Shown: positions 28,102 to 42,849 of the stretch, in pieces
How the letters are laid out: every line of letters starts with the position of its first letter
Position numbering within the stretch: the first letter of the stretch is position 1
Origin: Eledone cirrhosa
Lineage: Eukaryota
Assembly (NCBI GenBank): GCA_964016885.1
Contig: OZ024743.1
Span: 303,180,001-303,244,000, forward strand
Direction of reading: 5' to 3'
Length of the DNA stretch: 64,000 bases
Program-made: the position numbers and the translations under genes
The notes under the pieces: generated by a model
What the model was told of the DNA's origin: nothing
The model's database searches: none
Seen by the model: only the letters and a program-made list of their open reading frames with translations

Positions 28102-29422
28102 AGTGCCTTGATTTTCAGATATAAAGCATGTGACAACAATTAAAATAAATTGCAGTCTTACACTGATTAAATTTGCCATCCAAGCTGAAACAGAATCCAG
28201 CATTCTCTTTTTTCTAAAAGTATCTGTAACACCGTGTATTTGATGACGTAAACCGAGCTCTAATTTCCAAAGAATTTAAATGTTTCTCCTTCAGATATTT
28301 GAAATCTACTAATTCACAAATAAGAATATCATTAAAACGAAAGGATATATAAAATAATTATGAATAACAATATTAAGTATGCTTTTCATCACAGACATAA
28401 TTTCAATTCATCAGATGTCGTGGATTTAATAATATCCTATTTCAGAAGGAATGTGTTGTAAATGTCCAGCACCCAGCCAAAACATCGACCGGAATGGAAT
28501 GTATGCAATATCATTTGAAATCAATGTACAGGTAACATTTTTCTTGTTCAATAATTTTAACATGATAAAAGGCGAAGCAAAAATAGATAATGTCTGATGA
28601 GACGATATAACTGAATTTATTTTATGCAATATTGCAATGCATGAATTTCTGCCCAATAATTTATACTGTTCTACACAAAGACTCAAACCTAAATACTCAT
28701 GTTTCACGCATTGCTACAAAATGTTCACACAATATGTGTAGTACATGCTGATTTCCAGTTTGACAACAAATTAAATAAAACAAAACACTACTTTTAATTC
28801 AGTTGTAATTATAATTCAAATGTAATTATAATTCCCAGATATGGAGAAGAGATCACGAGATGAAAGTTATTAATATCTGTATATGGGGAAGCAATGTGAT
28901 GTGAACTTAAGAGCAAATACAACAAAAGCTCATTAACTATGTTATAAAACTTCCCTCAGTATGTTGTATGTGTTAAATATGAATGATTTATTTTCTGAGA
29001 AATGTAGGAACAACGTCAAGAAACACTTCAAAAGGAAATTGAGTCTACATGATATGCAAAGTATATCCTTAAAGACAACGCAAGGAAAAATATTGAAATT
29101 ACTAGCAGAATTCATGACTATATGACATATCGGTTAATCATCTTAGGAAGCGTGGAACATTACCATAAAATAGAAATAATACTATGAATTAGCATAGCTT
29201 CCCAATATAAAACATCATAGACTGTTTTATGCTAACGCGATTAAGGCAACATAAAATGACTAAACACAAATCACAAAATAAATCGGTTAAACGACTTAAA
29301 TATACACATAAATGAGATAAGGAAAGATAGGAAAACCATAAAACCAATTTCATGAGTAAAATATGGATTATTTCAAAATTATATTTAATGCGAAACTGTT
29401 CATATTAGTCGTAACGCATTAC
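28102..29422. repeat. Diverged ~1.35 kb direct duplication, copy 2
   Basis: Colinear with 22895-24271. Confidence 0.88.
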
Positions 29423-30293
29423 AGATATTATGGCATAGTAATTTTGAAAATATAGTACACAGAGAAACCGTATTTTGTCAGCATATGATCGAATATTATG
29501 TAGAATATTTAAAAATTAACTTCTCCTTTAAATATCTTCCTACGAGTGTGCTAATGTGTATGGGCGTATTGGAGATATGTGTGTATTAATATATCTGTAC
29601 ATATTGTGTTAATATTACTTAAACGTTTCACTAGAGGAATTACTTATTAAAATTGGGCAATGCATCATTTGGCCGATAAAGTAAGGTACCGTACAGGAAC
29701 TGTGGTTGATAGCAAATTGAGATGATAGAGAAGTGTTGGGAACATGTTTATTGCTATAACATGTATATCATACGTTTCTATACACCCCATATGTATATAT
29801 ATTTTTATATATATACATGCGTGTGTGTTTGTACTTGCCATTTCATTGTATTATGTGGTCCTGGAATTGTATTTTGCAAGGGAGTGGGGTGTATAGAAAC
29901 GTATGATATACATGTTATAGCAATACAAATGTTCCCAACTCTTCTCTATCATCTCAATTTGCTATCAACCACTGTTCCTGTACGGTACCTTACTTTATCG
30001 GCCAAAAGATGCATTGCCCAATTTTAATAAGTAATTCCACTCGTGAAAAGTTTAAGTAATATTCACACAATATGTACAGATATATTAATACACACATATC
30101 TGCAATACGTCCATACACATTAGCACACTTGTAGGAAGATATTTAAAGGAGAAGTTAATTTTTAAATATTCTACATAATATTCGATCATATGCTGACAAA
30201 ATACGGTTTCTCTGTGTACTATATTTTCAAAATTACTATGCCATAATGGCTGTAATGCGTTACGACTAATATGAACAGTTTCGCAATAAATAT
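29383..30293. repeat. Inverted duplication, ~410 bp high-identity arms with ~95 bp spacer
   Basis: 29383-29789 is the reverse complement of 29885-30293 (e.g. GGCCGATAAAGTAAGGTACCGTACAGGAAC / GTTCCTGTACGGTACCTTACTTTATCGGCC). Confidence 0.93.
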
Positions 30294-31319
30294 TATGTCC
30301 ATAGGATCATTTGATAAAATATATACATTATTTCCTCTCCCAATCAGCATAATCAACCACATAAAAAAACAATTAAACAAGGCTATAAGATTAAAAGGCA
30401 CCTATGAAGAAATAATAGATAAATAAAAGACAACTATCTATCCGCGATCAACAGCTATAGAATATTTACCCAGCATTTCTAATAGCACGTGGAAATCGAT
30501 TAAATATATCGTCAACCATACACAATTAGGTATAAGATCAAAGTTAGGAGAAAATAATAGTAGAGAAGAAAAAACAGTAGAAAGAGCTAATGGGATATTC
30601 TCGTAGCATAACAGCAAAATATTTATTTACAAAAAAAGAGGTTATTGTACCGGGTTCAGACACGTGAGCTACTTCAAGCTACGGAAAAGTATAACATGTT
30701 TAATGGACTTAAGTTGTATACTAATAAGAATATGGTATGAAACAACATGGTTTACATACATATATATAGACGAGTTCACATTTTTATTTATCTCTTTCTC
30801 TCTTTCTCTCCTTGGTGGTGTTGACTATAACCTAAGCAGTATATTCTTAGTGCTGACCCCGACTATAATGGTAGTTGTGAGATTAGTAGGGGGAAGAAAA
30901 AGGAGGACACGAAAAAGAAGTAGAAGAATATGAAGGGGGTGAAGAAAAGAAGTAGAGGAGGAACAAAAAGAAGATGAAAGAGAGGAAGGGGAAGTGGATA
31001 GGTGGTGTAGTAATTAAAGGGCAATGGCAAAGAAGGAAGGGAAAGACGAAAAATGGGTGGGCGAACCAGAAGTGGATGAGGGGAAGATGTAGTAGTAACA
31101 GTATCACTACTAATGGCAGTAAAGATAGATGTCCATGGGACTGAGGTAAATGGTTGAGGGACCTTAAAGTTGACTGAGAGAGTAATTGTTTCAAAAAACA
31201 TCTATTTTAGTATTTCAGTCGGTAATGCTGGCATTCTTAGTTTGTCCGTTTGTGTTAAAAATTGGCATGCAGTGTCAATGTTTGGTGCTTGTTGCAGTTT
31301 CGCCTGTGGTAGATGCATT

Positions 31320-31490
31320 TAAAAGGGGGTTCGTATTTAGTGACAAATTGTGATTTTTTTTTAACGCGTTGAATGTAGGAAGTGTTGTATTTAAATTTGT
31401 ATAGGGGAAACATTCTGAAATTGAGTTGCTTATTAGAGGCGCAGGTGGCAATGTGTTCACTCAGTGCTATTTTTATATACCCCCGCATTT
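31320..31490 (-). pseudogene. C-terminal GIY-YIG remnant of a Penelope-like element (Neptune-like), 5'-truncated
   Basis: LSEHIATCASNKQLNFRMFPLYK...QRVKKKSQFVTKYEPPF resembles the PLE endonuclease end SxHxxxC...FxIxP...RxxKExxFIxxxxPxLN. It is followed by a pyrimidine-rich UTR-like tract. Confidence 0.5.
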
Positions 31491-31780
31491 TAATTTAGGA
31501 TCTATGAATGGTCATAGGTTGGAGGACACTGGTTTTAATCTCTCCTATGTAGTGCTCTCGATAGCCTGAGTTAGTTAACACTACAATCGCGGAATTTCTT
31601 TTTGACCGTAAAGCAGTGCCTTAGTTTCTATGAAAATATCCCAGTAGCATTTTCTACTTTTTTCTTCTTTACTATATGCGTATAAAAGAAATACAAAGAT
31701 AGTACTAATGGGAACTGCTCATTTACTGAGAAATATTCTGTCAATAAGAATACATCACACGTCTAAACACCTAAAAATAC

Positions 31781-31792
31781 ATGTGTGTATGT

Positions 31793-31887
<95 letters not shown>

Positions 31888-31930
31888 TGTGTGTGTGTGT
31901 GTGTGTGTGTTTGTGTGTGTTGTGTGTGCG
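31781..31930. repeat. (TG)n microsatellite
   Basis: Directly visible. Confidence 0.98.
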
Positions 31931-32145
31931 TGTATCTTGAACATGGTGGGCCTTGTAGTATTTTGAGGTCATTGATTGCGATTGTGTGATAACTCGTATG
32001 AACATAAAGCAAGATAAATAAAAAAAAAATAACAATAAAAGATACAAACACCGAATATCAGAGCGGAATAGATAACTGTGGTGTGTTTATATATTTCATT
32101 TTTTATATATATCCTATTTGCATCAACACAGCTCGGTATTTTTCA

Positions 32146-32205
<60 letters not shown>

Positions 32206-32513
32206 AGTATATACAAAGCCTGAGACCAGATATAAATTATCCATATAGATTAAAAGTGTAAGCAATTAATTAAGCACGATGATCTTCTCATGAGAAATAT
32301 CAATATGCAACCATTTTAAGAACATTATAACCAAATATTGCCTTTAGAAAACAGGAAGACATAAAACCATCGTGTGCGGACGTTTTCTTGAGATGGGCGA
32401 AATGTATGCAAAGAGAATTACATAATTACTTGGCGCAGGAAGAGCACATTCTTCCAATGAAAATTATGATATTAATATTCTTTTTTTTAGAATAGGCGAA
32501 TAACTACCAGATA

Positions 32514-34770
<2,257 letters not shown>

Positions 34771-34780
34771 GCTATATATA

Positions 34781-37182
34781 TCCTCGTGTCATACACAATT
34801 TTGCGTCTCATCAACGTCAGTATTGATTTATACAAACTGAATTAATCCCTGAAGAACATTCCAACTCCCTCCAACCATGTTTACCAAAAGCACCTCCAAC
34901 AAAAAGCAGAAGATGTCGTCAGACGCTTAAGATGGCAAGCCGTAGTTTTCGACGGCAAAATTACAGGCACCAACAACACCTTCATCCTGAAATCGAGAGC
35001 ATACTCTCCTGATGTACCGAACTTGCTCTTTTCGAGACGGACCTTCTTGACTTAGTCGCTAAAATTTCCTTTCGCAAACACACTAACACCTTTCAAACAA
35101 AACTCAGAAACGATATTAAGAAATGTAGGTCTACCAATAACACCTTCGTCCTTTCCGACAAAACTAATAATATTTACAAAGTCGACAACAACCCTTTCCG
35201 CCACCTGGCCCATAATGCTATTACTTCTAAATATAAGAAAGCTAACCCTATGGCCTACCACGGCATTAATACAGAAGCCAAGGAACTCGCCACCGACCTT
35301 AAGGTAGATAAGAAGCTACAATCTCTAACTAAGAGGGAGGCGTTCCTCACCCTGTAAGATCACAAGGTAGACTTCACTTTAACCCCACATGTAGACTAAT
35401 GAACCCGACACGCACGGATTTGGGACTAGTCAGTAAGGCCATTCTTAGAAACATATTAAAGACCATTAGGAACAAGTCCAACCTGCCCCAGTGGGAGAAC
35501 AGCGACTCCGTAATTAAGTGGTTTAATTCCTTAAATTCCAAAAAAGCGTAGTTCACACAGTTTGACATTGCCGATTTTTACCCGTCGATCTCAGAGACCC
35601 TGTTAAACAAAGCGTTGGACTTCGCTACCACTTATACCACCGTCGATGATTTAGACAGGGAAATTATCGCTCTCTGCTGCGAAACCCTCCACTTCAAGGA
35701 CGGAGTAACCTGGGCAAAGAAGTCTACATCTTCAGACCTGTTCGACGTGGCCATGGGATCGTTTGACAGTGCTGACGTTTGTGACTTGGTTGGCCTTTTT
35801 ATCTTAGACATTTTACGTGTTAGATTCCCGGACTTCCACACGGGAATATAGCGTGACGATGGACTGACTTTATCGAGCCATAAAAGTGGTCACGACTTCG
35901 ACCGGTTTAAAACAGACTTAGCTTCTACCTTCAATGAGTTAGGCCTAAGGATAACAGTAGCCACCAACCTCTCTAGCGTAGATTTCTTAGACATTAATTT
36001 AGACATTCGTACACACACCAACATACCCTTCCATAAGCTAAACGAGAAACTTAATTACATTTACAAGGACTCATGCCACCCTCCCACTGTTTTTAAAAAC
36101 TTCGTTAAGAATATCAGTACTAGAATCATAAACCTCTCCTCTAATAAGGTTATCTTTGACAGGGCGGAACCCTACTATAACACGGTGTTGACTAACAGCG
36201 GCTTCTCACAACCTATCACCTACTCTCCCACTAGCAACAACACCATTAAGAAAAGTAAGCGCATCAGTAGACAAACTATCTGGTTCTCTCCTCCATTCTC
36301 ACTCAACGTTAAAACCAATGTAGGAAAATAATGTCTAGCACTCTTAGATAGACACTTTCCCATAGGTCATAAATATCGCTCCAGCTTCAACCGACACAAA
36401 GTTAAACTAGGATACTCCTGCGATGAGAACATGAAGGCCCACATCACCAGCAGCCCTAGGAGCAACAACCAAACAGGGTGCTCTTGCCGTAAGCCAATAG
36501 CTTTCCCCCTTCAACAGCAATGCAACACACCAGCTGTAATCTATGAAGCTCTGGTCTCTTCCAACCGACGAAACGAACCACAGTAGGTTAAATCCTATGT
36601 GGGCATGGCGGAGGGCCGATTCAAAGAGCGTTTCCTGAACCACCAGTCTACCTTCAGATACCCGGACAGACGTTCATCCACGAAACTCGAGAGCCACGTA
36701 TGGTCCCTCAAGGACTCAAGTATAGGCTACTCCATTCAATGGAAAGCCATCACTAAGTCCAAGCCATACGCAAGGGGAAATCCGACGTTTGGCTTATGTA
36801 TCGACGAACGAATAACTATCCTAAAGAGATTACGCAATAGTGATTGCCTAAACACGAGAAGTGCATTTTTCACACGTTGTCCACACGTCACCAAACATCT
36901 ATTGCATAACTACAAGGCTCCGGACTGATTTTTGCAATTTTATTTATTTATTTGTTTTATTTTATTTTCAACCTGAAAACTTCCCGGACTTTAGCAGTTA
37001 TCTCCCTTACACCTCCTGCACGCAGTCTAGTATTGCCTGTGTGAAGTCACTGAGTTTCTGCGGATGCGCGTTCGTACGGTTGTCCTTCCTGTTCCTATAA
37101 CCATACACATCCCGAGCTGAAGATCCACGAAGGTGAAACAATTGTTCTCGGTATGGTGAACTAACTGTTGTGTAAGCACTTC
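34781..37182 (+). mobile_element. Penelope-like retroelement family 1 (probably Naiad), near full-length, disabled RT plus GIY-YIG ORF ~34840-36928
   Basis: N-terminal SLKNIPTPSNHVYQKHLQQKAEDVVRRLRWQA, DKT motif, RT with G-I-stop-R-D-D at ~35843, IWFSPPFS, GIY-YIG C-terminus LCIDE..LNTRS..CPH. Ends at (TA)n. Confidence 0.92.
37101..37156 (+). ncRNA. Type I minimal hammerhead ribozyme in PLE family 1 3' end
   Basis: CCATA cacatc CCGAG-CTGAAGA-tCC acgaa GGt-GAA-ACAATTGT-T-CTCGG TATGG. Bulged stem I, palindromic stem III, GUU triplet. Confidence 0.88.
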
Positions 37183-37214
37183 TATATATATATAATATAT
37201 ATATAAAATATAAT

Positions 37215-40200
37215 AATAAATGTAAAGACTAAAATCCAAAGAGGGCTCGATAAGGATAAATATATAAGAACCGTATAGCAAATATTTATTAAAATATCAG
37301 ATTAAAGTTTAAGCAAAGAATCGCTTCTTTCACCCTTAACGGAATCTTATGAAACTAACAGTCAATTTGTGAACACAGAAGTGAATATTTCAAAAAGCCT
37401 TGCAACCGGAGGAGACAGCGAGACGATATTTTGGTTCGTGGAAACGTTCTCTGGCAATGAACGGAAAAAACAAAGAAAATACGTCATATGTGGCGCGGGG
37501 AGAACAGTTGCACGCAAAGACAAAACCACGTAAATGGTATAACTGAAGTCGTAGACAATAATTCTAACTAGGAAAGCGAATGATTCTCGGCTTCATGGTT
37601 AAGAATAAAGGAAATAAAATACAAAGGTAATTGAAATTAAATAAATACATACATGCATACATAAACGTACATACACAAGCATGCGCGAAAACACTCGCCA
37701 TAGGTATACAAATACACGCACGTACAAGAAAATAAAAACAAAAAAACCCCGCACGCACTTACAGAACCCACGCCACGCCTGTACCCGCACGCATACGAAT
37801 GTATACACCAAGTACACATACAAATATATATAATATATATATATATATATGTATATGTGTGTGCATGTATAAATATAATTAAATACACGTATATAAGTAA
37901 ATATATACGTAGATAACAAGCGTACACACATACCTACGTGTAAATAGACATATGTTCACGGACTACGTCACCAAAACCCAAAGTACGCATATACACACAC
38001 CCTATATATGTACAAACCCGCATACTCACACAGACGCAAAACTCACGTATACACATAACCAAATGCACATGTACCAGTATATATAATATATACGCCATAA
38101 CATATACAATCAAATATACGTACGAGAAAGTATACGTAGCTTCACAAGACATACAGGTAATATATACTAAGCTATACAAATAAGTAATGGTATAAAGATA
38201 TCATATACTTAGCTACCACATCAAGACGTATAATATACGCGTATAGTTCGTACTATCCGTTAGGGTATAATGTGGGGCTGTAATACAGGAAGGTTTTGTG
38301 AAATGTATGTTTACAAGCCGAAATTGCCTCAGATTTTTTGTTTATGATGTGTTCTTTGGCGTAGAGTATTTCCAGGGCCTCAGTGGAGCAGAGGTCACAT
38401 GGTCTTTTATTTCCGTTATACGATCTAGCCCTAGCTAGGATCTCCCAGTGTAACTTATATTGGATGTGGTTGTCTTTTAGACCCCAGTTATAAGCTGACA
38501 GTGACGCCATATTCTTTCTTAAAGGGTAACGAAAAGAATGGGTATGCATGTAAAGATGCTGCTTGAATCTATTGGTGGTTAACCCTATGTATGCCCTACG
38601 GGACGTGTGTATTTTAACCTTACATTTGTAGATAATGTTACTAGAGAGGCATTTCCCGGATAGGGGGCAGTCAACCCGATTCCTACAGTTACAGTTAGTA
38701 CTAACAACAGGGTTCCACGTGTTCCTACGACTAGGTAGTTTAGCTAAATTTGAAGCTATGATGTTATGTGCAAGGTTAGGAGTAGTAGAGTAAGAAATTT
38801 TAATAGAATTTCGACTATAATGTTACTATATTTATGTGTAGGGGGAAAATGCTTCATAATAAGGGAGAGAAAGATCTCAGCTAATGGTGTGGCCACCTCC
38901 ATATTATATGGTGGGTTATAACATATAATGCGTCGGAATCTATTTCTTCTAGCTCTATTCTCGTTCTCTGTATATGCAGCCTTATCGACAAATCCACTCC
39001 GAGCAAGAGCTTCATTGGAATATGTGGAATGGTCGTTGAAAATATGCTCGTTAGTAGATAGACGGGCAAGCTTCAAAGAAACGTTTCTTACCAGGTTCAT
39101 ATTTATGCTGGCAGGATGGTTTAATACTTAATTATGTAATTAAGCGTTTCATTCAGCTTTCTATATGGTTAATGCAAGCCATTCGATAAATTGAGGGTAT
39201 CGTCAAGGTAATTAACGACCGAGAGGTTGGCCTCAACGTGTATGGAGAGGTTGAAGCCTTTAAACAAGGCTGTGAGTTCTTTTCTGAACCTGTCGCAAAC
39301 ACGTGGGCCGCACATAGTCATGGTCAAAAGACCATCATCACGGTACAAACCACCGCCCACGTTGGGGAATTCTTCCTTGATAGAGAAAATAAGGAAAAGG
39401 CCGATCAGATCAGTGACCTCTGCAGAATCGCTGGCGCCCACACTCACGTCGAATGGGGTCCTATTAGATGTGTTAATCCAAATATAGTCGTCGAAATTAA
39501 TCACCGACTTACGGGCATTGAGGATGACATCAACTTCGAAATCCTTAACCACCGTGAGTGTTTTAGCGAAATTGATAGCTCTAAGGAGAACTGGTAAAAT
39601 GATGGCGGAGTAGTAATTATTGATGTCGAATTGGATACAACGGCAATGCACCTTGTTGCCTATGCCGTTGAACCAATCAATCACCGCGAAAGAATTGTTC
39701 CACTGTGCAAGAGGGGCCAAACTTCTAATTTCATGTATAATTCTATCAAGAATCCTTTTACTAAGTCTACCTAAATCGGACTTCGTAGGGTTAATAAGCC
39801 GAATAGAGGGGTTGTTCGGAAAATTGGATTTGTGATCCTTCAGGATAAAGTGAAAAGAAATAGGGTCCAGAGGTTCAGTCCGGTCTAGGATGTTGAGATC
39901 TGAGGTAATTTTAAACCCAGCATCGTTGATTTTATTAATGGCGTTCCGATTAGTTTTATGGTAATCCTTACTTACAGCATTATGTAGCAGTTGATGGTAA
40001 GTACAGCGTTCCACTTGATATAGATTGCCAGTGTTGTCGGAATGGACGTGCAAGGCATTAGAATCCTTAATAGAACGAATTATATTCTTCAGGTCTTGCT
40101 GGAAGGAAATGTTCCTATTCCGAAATTTGATACTCCGTGTGAGTTCCAAGACATCATTTTCGAAGGGTAGCAATGATGGTTTGCACTGAGGGTTATTATA

Positions 40201-40330
40201 GGTTTTAAACGTAAATTTATCCTGTTTGTTGTCTTCTTCTCCCTGATTATCGAAATAAAAGGCACGCCAACGCAACCTTTTAATGAATGCGTCTGTTTTC
40301 TGTATCAGGAGTTTTAGGTATGTTTTCCTT
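37215..40330 (-). mobile_element. Penelope-like retroelement family 2 (probably Naiad), near full-length, frameshifted
   Basis: 392 aa ORF with YLKLLIQKTDAFIKRLRWRAFYF, QFDINNYY, GLYRDDGL; then ICYNPPY, CNCRNRVDCPLSGKCL..IIY..AYIGLT..FK and CDLCSTE (GIY-YIG); long TG-rich 3' region. Confidence 0.92.
37306..37356 (-). ncRNA. Degenerate hammerhead motif in PLE family 2 3' end
   Basis: Minus strand reads AGTTT-CATAAGA-TTCC gttaa GGGT-GAA-AGAAGCGATTCTTTGCT-T-AAACT. Stems are retained, core is mutated. Confidence 0.6.
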
Positions 40331-40353
40331 CTATGTCGGGGCACCAATAATAA

Positions 40354-40485
40354 CCTCCGGTTGCAACGTTTTTTGAAATATTCACCTCTGCGTTCACAGC
40401 TTGACTTCTTTAGTTTCAGAAAATCCCGTTAAGGTTGAAAGCAGTGATTCTTTGCTTAAACTTCAATCTGTTATTTTAATAAATA
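40354..40485 (+). mobile_element. Short inverted 3'-end copy (inverted pLTR) of PLE family 2 at its 5' end
   Basis: Reverse complement of ~37283-37412. Ends in AATAAA plus (TA)n. Confidence 0.85.
40412..40462 (+). ncRNA. Degenerate hammerhead motif (PLE family 2, inverted copy)
   Basis: TTGA..AGTTT-CAGAAAA-TCCC gttaa GGTT-GAA-AGCA gtgattctt TGCT-T-AAACT TCAA. The two copies together give consensus core CAGAAGA. Confidence 0.6.
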
Positions 40486-40559
40486 TATATATATTTACAC
40501 ACACACAAACACACACACACACATACAAACACGCATACCCCCCCCCCACACACACATAC

Positions 40560-40613
<54 letters not shown>

Positions 40614-40621
<8 letters not shown>

Positions 40622-41623
40622 GACGTAAAATAAGAAAATTATAATAATTAACTTACTTAAGTTCAAAACCATGGAGAATCCCTTTCTTCAATTCTCGGCG
40701 AAGATCCCTGGCGATAGACGGACACAGGATGCTCAAACAAAACTAATTCAGTGAATGGAAAAAAAGCAAGCGTGGACTAAATTTCAAGATACTGAAACTT
40801 TCACTACCTTCCCGGTCAATGGCAAATTCAAAAGAATCAATCACGTGACATCGAGGTTAATCAGTGAGGAGTGGGGTGTTAAAAAGACAGTAGCCAAAAT
40901 ATCACTATGAATCATAGTAGTAATTCAGGTAAAATTTTGCTCAACAAATAATTTGGAGATAATTACAAAGAATTAGTATATCTACCAACATATTTATACA
41001 GAAGTATACTTATGCTAGCAAGATATAGGTTTTGTCTTAGTAACATTGTGGTTCAATACAAAGATGTAGAACAATTATATGAAAGACGTAATATCAGAAA
41101 ATTATAATAATTAACTTACTTACTTAAGTTTCACTCCAGCTAATTAGTTTCTGAAAGGGGATATACATAGTGTTCAGAACCATGGACAATCCCTTTCTTC
41201 ATCAGGGAGTCAATTCTCGACTAAGATCCCTGGCGATAGCCGAACACAGGGAGCTCAAACAAAAATAATTCACTGAATGGAAAAAAAGCAAACGCGGACT
41301 AAATTTCAAGACACTGAACATTTCACTACCTTCCCGGTCAATGGCAAATTCAAAAGAATCAATCACGTGACATCGAGGTTAATCAGTGAGGAGTGGGTTG
41401 TTAAAAAGACAGTAGCCAAAATATTAATATGAATCATAGTAATAATTCAGGCAAATTTTTGCTCAACAAATAATTTGGAGAAAATTATAAAGAATTAGTA
41501 TATCTACCAACATATTTATACTGAAGTATACTTATGCTAGCAAGATATAGGTTTTGTCTTAGTAACTTTGTGGTTCAATACAAAAATGTAGAACAATTAT
41601 ATGAAAGACGAAAAATAAGAAAT
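40614..41623 (-). mobile_element. Non-coding HHR element family E, two tandem units plus a ~24 bp stub, between TA runs
   Basis: ATATGAAAGACG recurs at ~40614, ~41077 and ~41599. Homologous to 18332-18817. The first unit has deletions through the HHR. Confidence 0.87.
41133..41210 (-). ncRNA. Hammerhead motif (family E), U16.1 mutated to C
   Basis: Minus strand reads ACTCC-CTGATGA-aGAAAGGGA...TCCCCTTTCa-GAA-ACTAATTAGC-T-GGAGT. Confidence 0.72.
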
Positions 41624-42849
41624 ATATATATAAATATATATTCAATATAGGGAGCTCACATGACAAAGACAATGAAAAAAGACAACGGATAAACGGACAG
41701 TCCCATTTCCTCAGGCAACATCTGGAAATAATTACAGTTTCGCTGCATTAAGTTCGATATTGTTTATTCCAATGAACATTGGTACATCACAATATTTGGT
41801 AGCTGGAAATTATTCGGATATTCTAAAATTATTTATCTCCTAATTGTTTTCATCGTCGGTAAGCTCCTGTTTTTACTGAATCCTGGTATGTGATGATCGT
41901 CACAATTTTAAAATTTAGAGCGAAAGGCCTTCCAAATGGTTTTCATAAACATCCCGTACATTATTAAATATACAGTAAGTATGTTTCATGTGAATTGCTA
42001 TGTCGGGGCACCAATAATAAACAAATATATATGTACATATTCATAGTAAAGTAAGAAAACTGAACACTAGAACAGCTGTTAAAACAACCAAATGTTGTCA
42101 AAGATAGCGCTTGGCGAATATCATGTTAAATATATATAAACATCACATTGGCATTGACATATTACCGTTGGAATTTCTCGCCGAAAACGACATCTTATCG
42201 TCGTGGTATTCTCTCAACTCAACCTTTTCCTCATTGAAATTCCGTAAAGAGTGAATAGTATTTCAGAATCTCTTATAATTTTAACGTAATTTTCAAGAAT
42301 GTGCAAATTTGCTGGAATTGTGTGAATTGAGTTTCAGTCTCTATGCGATCAAAATATTAATATATTCTGTGCCATGGCAATGAGACAAAGGAACTGAGGT
42401 GTACCAATCTTGCATAATTAAGTTTATAATTTTAATTATTTCAACCTACTTGTTTTTCTGTTTGATGTATGATTATGAAACCATATGGTCAAACATCAAA
42501 CTGACTTCCACTGCTTTTCCTATTCAAATAATTGTAATTAATAATCATTTCGGTGTAGTTTCCATTAGCCTTTTTGACCGGAATTACTAATTTAGAAATT
42601 ATTTTTCACTTCATTTAGTGTAGTGTGCTAATTAATTGGCCATTCTTGTCGTTCTACATCAACTATGTTAAAGCCCACTATAATATTAATCTTTAATACA
42701 GCAAGCAAATCTAGATATCTCTCTCTGTCATTCGTTTAATGGGTAGGATAATTTAGCTTCATATCATTTTAGATCAAGAATATGCTTTACCGATGAGATA
42801 TAAGAGTGTAAAATGTGATGACTCCTTAATTATTTCGTCATGATACGTC

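Noticed and set aside
28394-28419. Minus-strand GACAT-CTGATGA-ATT-GAAA-TT-ATGTC
   Set aside because: Stems II and III are absent, so it cannot fold, and it is not in the paralogous copy. Likely chance.
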